The position numbers and the translations under genes are program-made. The notes under the pieces are model-generated. The model was not told the DNA's origin, did no database searches, and saw only the letters and a list, made by a program, of their open reading frames with translations. This document shows, piece by piece, positions 38,313 through 52,116 of a stretch of 64,000 nt of DNA. This DNA is from Chrysemys picta bellii. Taxonomy: Eukaryota. Position 1 is the stretch's first letter, and each line of letters begins with the position of its first letter. The stretch spans positions 3,472,001 to 3,536,000 of the forward strand of contig NC_088807.1 in assembly GCF_011386835.1 (NCBI RefSeq), in the 5' to 3' direction.

Positions 38313-40215
38313 CACCATCCTAGGGTTCTTGCCATTGGCTACGGCTCCCCTAGAGGGCTCGTCTCCACCGCAGCGTTAGCGTGAGTGTTGCCCCTAAGCC
38401 GACTCCCAGAAATCTCGAGCTTGGGTTAAGTGGCACTTTAAGCTGGTCCATTAGAGGGGGGTTGTTCATGGCTGAGGGTTGCTGACGTTGGAGTTTCAAG
38501 GGGGAATATTGCAGTGGAGACTCAGCGGCTCGCGCTACAACAACTCAGCTGCTAATCCGATCGCTCTGCGTAGCTGGAAGGGTGTTACGCACTCTAGCCA
38601 CGCTCACTAGAACTAGCTAGACAGCGGTAACTCCAGGCTACTAACTGTTAGAGTGCAGATAAGCCCTTATCAATGTGCTAACTCGCGTGAGAACTCCACA
38701 CTGCCCTGTCGTCACTAGGGGCTTGTGTAAGACACTACTACGCCAACAGGAGACCTTCTCCCATCACCGTGGTTAAGCCACGTCCCTGAGAGACGGTAGC
38801 TATGTCTCCCATCATCGCAGCACTGTCTACACTGGGGATTAGGTGGGTATAACGGTGTCGCTCAAGGGTGTGGATTTCTCCAAATTCTCCTGTTTTTGTT
38901 TTTACAACCTCCTTGCCTATTGATGTAGAATATGCTTTTTCCATCGTATGGGGAAGACGAGGGGAGCGGGCTGTGCAGGGGAAACCATCCAATTGACTGC
39001 GCCCTGCGAACAAATGTGGGGAAAGAAGTGGCGTGTTCTCTAATCTGGTTCAATTACCATCCTTTTAAAAACGGTTGTAAAAAGTAGGTTAAAAAACCCC
39101 TTCAGATAGTGTAAGCGGATTGTGTCCCCTTTAAAGCGGAACAAAAAAAGCTGTTTTTCACATGTACGTCTTCAGAGCGTGGTAGAAATGTGAGCTAAAT
39201 GTCAGACTGGTAATGGAATATCCATGTTTTCTCTTTAAATAACCCTTCCGTTTTAAAATCAAGTTGTTCATCTTTTTAATTTCCTACCAGAGCCAAAGTA
39301 ATTGGCTCTTTTTCCCTTTGTGGCTCATGGTGAGGCTTTGTTCTAGGTCTGAACAGCATGGTTACAAGTCTTAAGCTCACCTTCTTTCAGAACCTAACCC
39401 AGCCCACGAGAGCTAGAAACGATTGTGTAATGAAACCGACCAGTCTGTTTCAATACGGCACGCGTCTTGGCCTTTCCATGCCTTTCCGGGCAGTCCATCC
39501 GATTCACCAGGCACCCCTTTGGATACAAATCTGACTTCCTCACGAGCGAATCATACGGAAGCGGCGTCAGTCCCTCATGCAGATTTGCATTTGGTGTGCT
39601 TTAAATTAAAAAAAAAAAAAAAGCCCGAATGATCTTTCCTTTGGCTCCGTTTTCCGTCTGCCTGTGCAAATCCGCCTCATTTCTCAGGGTGTTTGCCAGC
39701 AGGCCCAGCAGATGCCGTTCAATAGCAGATTTTGAAATCTCAGTAACTCCCTGTGTCTCTTTTCCCCCCGGCTATCCTGGAGTAATTGCCTGCCAAGCTT
39801 AGCTTTGAATCTGAGCCATTTTGGAGTTATGCCGATGTGAAAAGGGTGTTTTGTTTACACCGATAAACTCCTGTGAAGCTCTTACACTTCTGAATATGGG
39901 GATTGTAAATCTCCTACTTGGGAGATTCCGATCACGGCGGGTGGAGGCTGGGGAGGAATTAGGGACTTCAAAACTAAACAACTTTGCAAACCGGCGTTGA
40001 TCGCTGAAGTGTTGAGTAGCTTAGGCTATTTTTAGAATTCAACTTCAGACTCCTCTATGCTGCTTCTTCCTGGGTCTCATTTCAGTTGCATGTTTGGTCC
40101 CTCTTCCTTGCTGGGGGTCAAGGATTGCTCTCTGTGGCGTTGCAGGCCGGTATGGCCGCTGCCAGCCGTTTTCCCTGTGCTAACTCTCAACCCTTTTCCT
40201 TTCCTCTCTCCCTAG

Positions 40216-40437
<222 letters not shown>

Positions 40438-41452
40438 TAGAGAAGGGAGATGGGAGCAATGGAAATGACGGAGTGTCAGGGAAACGAACACCCAGGGCCT
40501 GGGCGATCCCTAGTTTAATAAGCTGGTAACTTATGCTTCCCTCCCCCCAAATCGGGGATACAAACGGGGGCCTCGGCACAGCCAAGGGCGTTCTGATCCA
40601 CCTGTCCACCCTGCAGGGAGATGAATAGATGGTAACCCCCCGGCAGTGCTAAACCCTAGAGGCTGCGGGACGGAAAGGTGGATGAAGCTTTTAGCTTCTC
40701 AGGTGCAGAGGGGAACAGCAAGTTCCCAGAGCTCGTGTGGCATGAGCTGGCAGGAGCCAGTCCACGTCCCACTGACGCTAACTGGTCCTTGGATCAGCAG
40801 CTCTGTGAGAATGCCGGTGGGTCACCAGGTCGCCGGTGGGGCAGAATTCAGTTTGTCTTGTTCTACAATTTTGATGCTGATGATTGCTGTGTATATGTGC
40901 ACATTGTTTCCAATTTTTTGTAGACCGAAAGGTTCACAGTTGGGGGGGAAGTTCAGAAAAGCAGGGGAGGGGGGCAGTTAATTCTTTAACGACGGTAGAG
41001 GTTGAGATTCAAAAAGTTAAAGCTTTGTGGCTCTTAACCTGCAAATTGTCAGCATCACATGTCAAAATCGACAAAGTCAATAGCCTTAAACCAAACTCTC
41101 TCATACGTTCTCAAGCAGCAATTTCCTGACTTTGCCTGCCTGTACGTTTCAATGATCAGCAGTGGAAATGTTTCCCCTTGGTTTGTGGGTGTGCAGTGAA
41201 CTTGACGGTTACACCCTAAAGGGTGGGTGGGTGGGTGTGTTTTTCTCTCCGTGCTCCCAAACCCCGGGGGCTTGTCTTGACTAGGAAAAGCAGATCATGT
41301 AAGGCGGAGTTAAATCAGATGTGCGGACTAAGCCTTGCTTGAACCTCTCTCACTTTTCCTAGGCAGGACAAACCCTGCAGAGGGCCAATTATTCCTGTAG
41401 CCGTGAAATCCGCTTGACTGTTCGTCTGCTTCTGGCACGTGTGTAGCAACAA

Positions 41453-41471
41453 AGGCCACTAGGTGGCGCTG
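41453..41471 (+). promoter_or_regulatory. Candidate CTCF binding site
   Basis: AGGCCACTAGGTGGCGCTG is a near-perfect match to the CTCF core CCAC(C/T)AG(G/A)(T/G)GGCGC. Confidence 0.65.
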
Positions 41472-41964
41472 TGTATAAATGCAAACTCGCCATAAGTGCG
41501 TTTGGGTCCTAAGAAGGGAAGTGCTCATGCTAACAGGCGCGGACGCGGAATGTGGTCCCTGTCTTTGGAAGACCTCCCTGCTTGCTTTCAGTTCATGGCA
41601 TTCGTTCCTGTGCATCTATGTCGTAATAAAGCACTAGACACGCTTACGTCCCTGCTAATCAAGGGGCAAACTGTAGGGGGGGCGGGGGTTGGATTCCTGC
41701 GGTGACAGATTTAGAAACACGCCAGTCATCTGGTGTAGCAGGCTAGGCTCTGGGTTTCTATACCAGATGACTGGTGTTTCTAACGTGCGGCTGCCGTCTC
41801 TGTCGGATCCAGACTCCAGGCTGCCTTGCCTGGGGGAGTGTGGCCTAATCGCTCTCTCAGTGAGGCCCTGTGGTGCTTTTCACCTTTGGCGAGGGCACCG
41901 GTCTTTCTGATTTAAATAGGACACCGATGTGCTGCCCAGGGAACAGTGTCTAGCGACTAGAACA

Positions 41965-42137
41965 GGGGGAGGGATAGCTCAGTGGTTTGAGCATTGGCCT
42001 GCTAAACCCAGGGTTGTGAGTTCAATCCTCGAGGAGGCCATTTGGGGCAAAAATCTGTCTGGGGATTGGTCCTGCTTTGAGCAGGAGGTTGGACTAGATA
42101 CCTCCTGAGGTCCCTTCCAACCCTGAGATTCTATGAT
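41965..42137 (+). mobile_element. Turtle polIII/Cry-type tRNA-derived SINE
   Basis: Complete copy: GGGAGGGATAGCTCAGTGGTTTGAGCATTGGCCTGCTAAACCCAGGG...GAGGTCCCTTCCAACCCTGAGATTCTATGA. Confidence 0.92.
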
Positions 42138-42219
42138 ACTGGGCTGGGAGCTGTTCCTGGACCGGGCACTTCCCCTCTGTGCTTCAGTTTCCCCTCCCTT
42201 TTGTCTATTTATGCTGTAA

Positions 42220-42762
<543 letters not shown>

Positions 42763-43964
42763 TGACTCTCTCACGTCCGGGAATGAGACGCAGATCCAGT
42801 CCCATGCGCGAATGCGCCCCTGGTGGGAGTGGCAAGAACCCGAGGGAGGCAGATTCCCAGCTCTGCCACCGCGCTGCCGAATGACCCTGGGCAAGTCCCT
42901 TCTCTCCCCGTTCGATTTCATGAAGCTGTCGGTACAGGGTGGGTGTGGAACAGGATAACGACAGGACCTGCGGACGTGTAGCAAAACCCTCTGTCTGCAT
43001 TGAGAGAATATGCAACTATGACGTTGTGAGCTCTCCATACACGTCGTGTATGTGATATACGTGTGCGCTCGCACTCCTGCCGTTGGCTCTCCAAGTGAGA
43101 GCATGGGTGAACCATTGCCGCGTCGTGCCTCGGTTTCCCCTCCCACCTATTGTCCATTCTGAGCGCTTCGAGGCAGGGACGCCCTGTATGCACACAAGGG
43201 AGCAGTTCGTACGTGATCTACCGAAGGGCTTCCCTTGGTCGCGGCCACAGCTGGGGGCTGAGCTCCACGGGCCTGCGCAACCTGCCCTTTTTTTGGCCTG
43301 CTGAACCATGGAGCCTCCATGCGAGGAGTTAACAGCAACCACCCGTTTTACAGACTCGCTTCCGGCCGGCGGAGAGAGGTGCCCAGGAGAGCCGAGGCAG
43401 AGAGCTTTCTGCATTCTGCTCTCCCCTGGGGAACCCTGCCTCCATGTGCTCCGGCCCCCTCTGAAGAGCGGGGGGGACGGATGCTATAAAACCCGAAGAG
43501 CGGAGTCACTTGTTAGCATGGGTCTCTCTGGGTGCATGGAGGAGGGGTGTCTCGCGTGCACTCGGGTTTGATGTCTGGGGATGGATTGCTCTGTGGGTAG
43601 GGAGATGTCTTCCAGGAACTGTAACATTCTCTGTGACTCATTGCCAACTGCCCTGTTCCGCATCTGACTTCAGTGCCCAGATGACTTGGCACTTAAGGCC
43701 TGGGGTGAAATAAGGCGAGCTCAAGAGGCCTGTGCCCGCGGGAGGGAGGTTGTGCCAGTCCATAGCTTCTCCCCGTTCCCTTCCCCACCTCCAGCCCGTC
43801 CAGTCCCTGCCTGCTGCAGGATCCGGGTGGGTGGGTGGCCGACCCAGGGGAGCCTAGGGCTGATGTCCTGCTCCTCCAGCAGTGGCTTCTCTAATTCCCA
43901 GTGGCACTCGCTCTTCTCAGCCCCTGACTCACGACTGCTCCTTCCTCCTCCTCCTCCTCAACAG

Positions 43965-44120
43965 GTTTCTCCTTCCCTGAAAGGATTCCTGGACCGCTTG
44001 CTGGTGAGAGATCCGGTCCAGCGGGCCTCCGCCAGCGAACTCTTGAAACACCCCTTCCTGGCGAAGGCCGGGCCTCCTTCCAGCATCGTGCCGCTCATGC
44101 GGCAGAACCGGATGAGATGA
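43965..44120 (+). CDS. PAK4: PAK4 final coding exon (156 nt including TGA)
   Basis: [51 protein letters not shown]; acceptor tcaacag|gtt. The eight exons total 2052 nt = 683 aa plus stop. Confidence 0.97.
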   Translation, partial: VSPSLKGFLDRLLVRDPVQRASASELLKHPFLAKAGPPSSIVPLMRQNRMR

Positions 44121-47100
44121 GAGCGCCGGCTGCACCGGAGAGAGAGAGAGAGAGACGCGTGCGCCGTCTAACCGCTCCCCACACGGCCGGCCACGTCCCT
44201 GCCTCGGCCCCCGGCCCTCCGTTCTCCAGGGCGCCGCTGCCGTTCCCTTCGGCCGCCGCGCCAGGGACGGCGGGTCCCGACAGCCAGAGCAGCGGCACGA
44301 GCGTCCGGCTCTCTCGGTCCCTCCGGGGTCCCGGCGGGGCCAGCGGTTCCGCTAACTGGATTTACAACTGTGCCACTACTGTCGTGACTGTGGCAGGAGC
44401 TCTCCTGCCCGTCGCACCATGCTGCTGAGTGGAGGGGAGGTGGGGGGGCCAGCTAGGCGGGGTGGGGGTAGGTTTTTTTAAGGACTTTAAACTTTCTGAT
44501 CAAAACGGTAGTTTTTACACACACACAGACGAGGCGGGGCCGGGAGCGACAGACACTAAGCAACTCAACACTGGAACTGGTAGCTTCGGGGTCTTCACCA
44601 CACCGTCCCTCGCAGGAGACTAGAGGCTGCTGTTGCAGGGTCTCCATGCTGCCCCCGTGCCCCTCTCCCCGCTCGTTCTGCCTTGAGGTCTAGACGCGTG
44701 CTCCTGCTCGGTCCCTGGGATTGGGGGAGCAGGGAGCCGGCCCCCTGGCCTCTTTGCTTTATGGGTTCTTTTCCAGCCGAGTAGCCCCAAGTGCATGGCT
44801 CACCCGTCCCCCGGGGCCTCCAAAACGCAATCCACTCCGGCCCCCTGCGTCTAGACTGGTGGGGAGAGACTCTGGTATCCCAGCGTGCAATGCCCCTCCT
44901 TGATCTGTGCAGCCTTGCATGCTGGGATACCTGGCGTCTCTGCAGTGGAGGGGGAGGGAGGTTCCCAATGCTCCCGGCCTGTTGCCCTCTGTTTTGGGCA
45001 GCCTGTGGGGTCAGAGAAATGAAGGCCCCAGCGGCCTACGGGGACCAGAGGACGTTGTAGATCTCTGGTGTAGTCTGGGCTTTGGGGCTTGCTGGCTCAT
45101 CCGCGAGAGATCCTGCCCGAGGGGGCTCCCCGTCCCTGGCAGGATCTTCCCCCTGCGTCCAGCTCAGCGCAGGGAGGAAGTGACCGGGTCTGGGCATTGG
45201 TGTGGGAAGGGAGCTCGGAGCTCAGCATCGGGCGGGGGCTGGCCTGAGCTGTGATCTCCGACACCAGCCAGGAAAGGGGGGCGGCTTCCCTACCCCTTAG
45301 AGAGACTTTTTGGTCCGAGGCTGGCAGGCCAGCAGCCCGCTCCCCGGCAGTGCCATGACGTGGCTCCGAAGGAAGAATCGTCCCGAACGTGGGCCAGAGT
45401 TTTGTTGCTTCTACTTTCCATTCTGCCAGGGGCGCCAGGGGGGGCTGCTCGGGGAGGGTCCCGCGTGCGGAAACTGAGCCATTTTGAGGAGGATCCCCCC
45501 CCCCCCCCCCGCGACATGCAATGAACATGCATGTCTCCTCTGCATGCTTTCTGGGGAGTGGGAGGGGCCCAGGGATGGTCTTTCTTTACACGCTTTTAGA
45601 TACTTCAGTTAGAGCAACTGGTTCGCTGCCTTTTTTTCTTCTCTCCGGGAGCCCCCCTAATGCATCAGGAGTGGGCTAGTTACAGGCACAAGGGGATTGT
45701 TTGCGGTTATTTTACCTGGTTTCCCTGGCCCCTGGTTTCTTCTCTGCAGAACTGCCCATCAGTCGTGCTTCTCGCTGCAAGAGAACTACAGGGCAACCTG
45801 CCTCTAGAGGCTGACGGGGGAAGTGGGGGGAACGTGGGTCCAATCAGGTATTTTTATTTGCTGGGCCTAACCCTGCCATGGATGGGAATTGGCCCCCCTG
45901 AACTCACTGGGGAGAGCGGAAGTCGGTCCACGTGGGAGCCAGCCCCGGAAGTGGTGGAAGTCGGCTAATGCGTGAGATCTTCCAAAGCGCTCCGTGTCGG
46001 CCTAGCTCCGCTCTTACTGCGCCAGTGTCTTCCCGGGGTTTTTAGGGAGAGCAGGTTTGACCAGTGCTGCTCGGTCGGCCGAATCCGTGACCCGTTCTGG
46101 CTGCCTGGGGCGACTCGGAGGCTGTCTAGTTCATGCTCTTTCCCCATTGCGCTTTAGCCTTAGTGTTTTGAAACCTTTAAACTACTTCACTAAAAAACCC
46201 TGGCCGTGCCCGGCAGCGTGCCCAGGATGTGTGGATTCACACCCACCCACAACTGACCATGAGGCAAAGCTCTCCGGCCCCCGAACCCGGAGCTCCACCC
46301 AGACGGATTTACGGTGTGGGGGTGGGTCTTGTTCGATACAGCCCCTCGGGCACCGCGCTGTACCTCGGCTCTCCCTTCTCATCCCGGGCCCTTCGCCCAA
46401 CTCCTGCCTGGGCTCCTGGGGGTTTTCTCAGCTTTGACACCTGCCGTTTCTCAGCCTGCTTGAATTGTAGCGAAGCCCGGGGGTGTGAGCCAGTCCCGTG
46501 CTGTACAGGACACACAGCCTTGCCACTTCACGCCCCTGGTCTGCTCTGACATAAACCACGTCGGCCGGCTCTGACTTCCTTCCCCCCCCGCGTAATCCAC
46601 TCCCCTGATCTCCCCACACGGGAAGGTTTAACCGCCGTTTATTTTCGTTGGGGTTTTCAGATCAATGAGACAGACCTTTGCCTGTCTCTCTTGCTTCACC
46701 CGGTCATGATGTGTTACTGGGTGCTCAGACCCCTAACCTCTCACTGAGCTTCCCGGGGAGCGTGGGAGCTGGCGGGGGGGGGGGGGGGGAGAGAGAGACA
46801 CTTTAGGGCTCAGAGACTGGAGCAGAAGGGCTTTGTGGGTCACACTCAACGTCCCTCTGGGCTGGCTCAGCATCTGGGGTCTCCTTTGAGCCAGTGGGAC
46901 CTGGGGTGTGTGGTCGAGCGTTCCCAGGGGGCACGAGGACTGGGGGGAGGGGTTGTCCTTCCACTGGCGCCGGCGTTCGTCCCAATTTCTGCCACTGTAC
47001 CAGCATCTGCTCCTGGGCGTGCCGGGCCAACTCCCCTCCTGGTTAAATCAGCCTCACGCGCGTGGGGCCTGCTCCCCAGCGGCTGTCGACCCATTGCAGG

Positions 47101-47690
47101 CCCCCAGTTTACATCAGCTGAGCATCCACTCCGTTCGCTCGCTCCTTCTCCGGGTGCCCCCTGCCACCAGCGCTGGGCTCTGGCCGAAGAGCTACTGCCC
47201 CTTTTTCTGAATCAGTCCCTCCCGCAGCGCCTGCTGCTGTGGGGAAAACCCCAGCGGCAGTTTGCTCACTGAATGACCGGGCAGTCCTGCTTCCCCACGC
47301 TACGGCAGCGCACGCCACCGGCGGACTTGTGACAATCGGCACCGGCTGTTACGCACCCCTGTAAGACACTAGCGCCCCCCTGCATCACAGCCTTCCCGGT
47401 GCGCCAATCCTCTGAGAAACCAGCCTATAAATGCCGAGGGGGGGCGGAGGGGATCCTGGCGAAGCGAACTGGTGAACTCTGTCTAGAAACAACTACTGAT
47501 TTGTTTTCTTGTTACTATTTTTTTTAAAAGACGCTATTTATATTGTCATTTTGTAACACTACAGTATTCCCGATTGGGGGGGCGGGGGGTTGCGGGGTTG
47601 GCCAGATTTGCCGTGACACTAAAGGCTCCCAGCACCGAATCAGCCACGGACTGACTTGTATAAAACGGAATTGGTTCTTGCGCTGTGAGT
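44121..47690 (+). other. PAK4: Inferred PAK4 3'UTR (3' end approximate)
   Basis: Follows the stop codon. AU-rich block at 47490-47570; variant signal TATAAA at 47659-47664 followed by a GU/U-rich tract. No canonical AATAAA was seen. Confidence 0.55.
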
Positions 47691-50032
47691 TTGGGTTTGG
47701 GGGACTTTCTTGTTTTTGTTTTTGGTGGGCCTCAGCCAGGCAAAACTTTTCCACGAGTGTTGAGGTTAGTATGACAATTACAGGCTTTCTTTTTTTGGAG
47801 GAAAACGAAACGCTGGCCTTGTGTGGTTTTTGTCGGGGGAGGGTGGGGGGCGTATGTGCAGTTTCACGTGCTGCGGGGACTAGAGCTGGGGGTGGGGGGG
47901 TGCGGCCCGTTGCTTGCTCTCGATATGTTACAGATGGGCTGGAAGTTGAAGCCAGAGTCCAATTAGAAAGAAGACACCGCTTTATGATTACCCCTGGGCC
48001 CGAACTCCTGAGGGACGTACTGCGTTCTCCATCTCTTGCCATCTTCAAATCCAGGCTGGGGCCCAGCCCCGCCAAGCCTCGGAGTTTTCACTGATTTCAA
48101 TGGAAACTGATTTCTTGGGGGGAGAATCTTGGGCTCCCCACGCAGGGGACATGGGTGGAGGCCTTCAGCCTCGGATCTACAGGTGATCCGACCTGGCTCT
48201 TCCTGGCCTAGCTGGTGTCAGTAACCGCCCCGTGGGGCTGTAGCGGCATGGTTTGAACATGCAGTGGGATCCCATGCTGGCCTGACAGGCCTGCCCTAAT
48301 CAGCGCTGTAGAGAGAGAAAACGGGGAGTAAGGAGCAGGAGCCCCCCCTTAAGGGGGTACAGCTCCTGCTCAGCATCCCAGACTTCTTTAAAACAATACA
48401 AGGGGCGGGGGAGGGAATCACACACACCCCAGTGCCCTTTTAAAGTCATCAATCCCTCGGTGTCCCCAGTGTGCACTTTTAAAACAGAAAGTAACAGTCA
48501 TCTTCAAAAATACCCTCCGGCCGTCTGTTCCCCCACATGGCTGGGAGGAAGGAAACTACAGATTTCCCAACTAGCCTCTTGGGGGGGGGGGGTGTCTGCT
48601 AGAGGTCCCACCGCACCAAGAAGCATATGGTAGAGAGGGTGTAAATGTCTCCTTCCCAGGAAGCTGGGCTAAGATCTGGCTCTCGCCCACCCCAGGCGGG
48701 CTGGGTCTGAAGCCCCCCTCCAGAGCGCACACGGAGTTTCAGGGCTGGGCCAGGCCCATCGCAAAGGGCACAGGCGCCGGTCCGGCTGTCCCAGTTCAGG
48801 ATTGTTTCGGCTGGATAGCGCCTAGCCCAGATAGCGGCTGGTCCGTGCCGCCTAGAAGCCAGCGTCGTCTGTGCTAACCCCCCTTGTAGAGAATCCGCTG
48901 AAGAGCGTCCACACGCGCAGTTGCACCCAGCTCTGGTGAGTGCAGGACAACCAGCCACGGGTGGAATCACCCAGCGTTTCACCAGGACAAGGGCTAGGCC
49001 CCGAGCTCCCAGCACCTGCTGGTCAGCTAGATTAACCGAACCTGAAGAGCCAGGAGGCCTCTGGACAACGGAGCCGACAGCGTCTGCCCCAGTGGAGGGC
49101 AGGGGCCAGCAATGGGCTACAGCAGCCTCCCCCCCACCACGCCCGGCCCCCTCCGTGTTGCCATAAGTCAGACATGTGGTCAGGGGCCCAGGGTGAAATC
49201 TATTCACAGCCCCCCGTGGAGTTCAAGCCATGCGGCTCTGTACCTAGCCGCAGGCCCCGTCCGCACTGCAAAGGGCTGGCTTAGCGCCGTCGGCCAGGGC
49301 TGTGATCGCTGAGCGAGGCAACCCCCCCCCAGCGCAGACGCAGTTATCCCAAAGTTACGCTTTCCCGGGGACAGTTTGTCTTGCTGGGCAGGGCACTAGA
49401 ATGAGGCAGGCCAGCCCATGCACTCGTTAGCCGGCATCCGTAGGAGTTTTTTGCTGGCCTAATAGCCTGGTGATGGCTCTGCGGGCAAAACACTCCTGGT
49501 GTAGACAGACCAGGTCAAATTCAGCCACTGGGTCAGCGAAGCCGGGGCTGGGCCCCGGGGCTCAAGGGGAGCGCGTTTGTGTGTAGACAAGGCCTCGGTT
49601 CCTGCAATTTCTCAGTCTCTATGACCTGCATGTTTCACAACGGCGCCGCGGGTCACAGCCTCCCCTTCTAGACAGGAACTGAATTCTTGCGGGGAGAAAA
49701 TCTGTCTCATGAGTCTGGGTGCAATCAGGGGGCCCTGATCTCTGTCGGGGTTTGTTCAGCACCTGGCTCCATGGAGGCCCTGGACTCCACTGGGGCCAGG
49801 AGGTGCTGCCAGGATGGAACTATCCTCATCCTAAAAGGAGAGAGGCCGTTCCCCGACCACCGGGATTATGTTTGGCTTTCAAAGGGAGCCAGATACCACC
49901 ATGATGGGCCCTGGCTATTGACCTCTTTTGACTAGAATAATTTTTGTAATAACCTACTGTGTCCTCACGGGGTGATTTTTAGCTGTAGGGTTACGGGGGG
50001 CGGGGAGGGGAGGAGGGGGGAGTCAGGTTCTG

Positions 50033-50559
50033 CTGGGTTCTGTCCCCATGCTGGGAGGAGTGTGGGGGTGTATTGGGTTCGAGAGGGGAGCTGGAAGCCA
50101 GGACTCCTGGGTTCTGTCCCCGTGCTGGGAGAGGCGTGGGGGTGTATTGGGTTCGAGAGGGGAGCTGGAAGCCAGGACTCCTGGGTTCTGTCCCCGTGCT
50201 GGGAGAGGCGTGGGGGTGTATTGGGTTCGAGAGGGGAGCTGGAAGCCAGGACTCCTGGGTTCTGTCCCTGTGCTGGGAGGGGCGTGGGGGTGTATTGGAT
50301 TCGAGGGGGGAGCTGGAAGCCAGGACTCCTGGGTTCTGTCCCCGTGCTGGGAGGGGCGTGGGGGTGTATTGGGTTCGAGGGGGGAGCTGGAAGCCAGGAC
50401 TCCTGGGTTCTGTCCCCGTGCTGGGAGGGGCGTGGGGGTGTATTGGGTTCGAGAGGGGAGCTGGAAGCCAGGACTCCTGGGTTCTGTCCCCGTGCTGGGA
50501 GGGGCGTGGGGGTGTATTGGGTTCGAGAGGGGAGCTGGAAGCCAGGACTCCTGGGTTCT
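50033..50559 (+). repeat. 74-bp minisatellite, about 7.1 copies, derived from a SINE-like 5' head
   Basis: The motif TATTGG(G/A)TTC recurs at 50071, 50145, 50219, 50293, 50367, 50441 and 50515. The array runs into a MIR-like SINE continuation. Confidence 0.95.
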
Positions 50560-52116
50560 ATTCCCAGCTCTGTCCCTGACTGTGTGACTTGGCGGCTCGG
50601 AGAGGAGGAAATGACTTACCCAGTTTCCCTATCTCTGGGGCAATAATACTCCAGCTTGGGGACCCCGTGAGGATAAAGTCACGCCTGGTTGGAGAACTCT
50701 GGCTTTGGCTGCAGCTCAGAGCTCCACAGGAACCTACGTGTTCTGGGTGGCAGCCGGAGATACCCTAACATCCTGTTCTGCCCGGGCCGGGCCTCGCGCT
50801 CGCCTCCTACCCTGACGCTAGCCAGAGCGAGGGGATCCCCTACTGCTCTGCTGGGGGAGTCACAGCAGGCAGGGTCCTGTAGCCCCTGACACACAGCGGG
50901 AGCCTTGAAAGCCCGGGGAATTTCTGACCACCTGAGGCTTTCCCCAGGCTAAGGAAAGCCCCTTTCTTTCCCCAGCAGCACCAGTAGCGCTGAGATCTCT
51001 CCCACCACCCTCACGCGCTTTAACACGCCTGGTGGTGTCCTGCCTGCAGGGCCTCGGGGAGATCACAGTCCAAACCCACCTGCTGCAGCACCGAGCCTTC
51101 GCTTGAAATTCCATTCCCCCCACTCCAGGGGTCCTGTAGCCCCCACCGCCGCCTCCCCCTATACCCGTGGCCCCCATTTCCCCTCCCCACTAGTAGTAGT
51201 GATCTTTTTGGCTGGTTGGGGTCTGGGAAGTGCTGGTCCTGATGGGGGGGGGCGGGAAATGGGCAATGCCCCGACGTAGGGCCCTAATCTTGGCCAGAGT
51301 CTGTGCAGCGCCTGGCGCAATGAGGGCCCTGATCTCGGCTGGGGTCCGGGCTGCACCCAGCACACCGGGGCCCCAATCTCGGGGACTTCAGGTGCTACCG
51401 TCATGCATGTGATACCCAATATTTTCATCACCTCAGGGAGCGTTTGGATCCTCCCCATGTTCCGGTCATGGCTGTAACGATCTGGGTTCAGGGTGGGAAA
51501 GGGGCCCCGCGTCCCAGTGCCTCATGGGGAAGGTGCTGCTGCGTGAGTTGCTCCGGCTCAGCTCCCCCGCTGCCTCCCAGACCGAGGAACTGTTGGGGCC
51601 CAGTTGGATTCAAGGCAGCAGGTTTCGGCTCCTTGGCGTGGAGCCCTGCCCACGCCCGCTGTCGGCACCTCGGGAAATCGGTGCCGGGCTGAAGAATTCC
51701 AATTTCTTTTCCATGTGAAATTTTGAAAAATTTGGGGGGGTTCCCCCTTAAATTTCCCATGGAAAATTTTGGTGCTTTTTCAACCGCCTTCATTTTCAGT
51801 TTCCCCTAAACGTTGTCAGTAACCGCAGCCCTTTGAAACAAAACCCCGAGGATTTCACCGGGAAAGCGCCCTTGTTCCATGACATTAAACCACCGGAAAA
51901 TCGTCAGCGGGGACGAACAAGGGTCACCTCCATCAAAAAGCCATTTACAGAAAAAACTCCTCCGATGAACCGAACCTCATGGGGCTCTAAGCAGGACTCA
52001 TGGGCCGTGCCCGGGCTAGACAGCGGGGCTGCTTTAATCATCCTGGGGTAACTTGAGGGTCTGACTGCCCCAGGTGTGGAGGCATAAAGCACTCACACCT
52101 TGTTAGCATGAATTAC

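Noticed and set aside
47368-47390. CTCF-like CTAGCGCCCCCCTGCATC
   Set aside because: An extra C and a poor 3' half break the consensus; much weaker than the site at 41453.
49972-50646. Three long repetitive ORFs, or a CRISPR-like array
   Set aside because: These result from a 74-bp head-to-tail minisatellite with no unique spacers, in a eukaryotic context.
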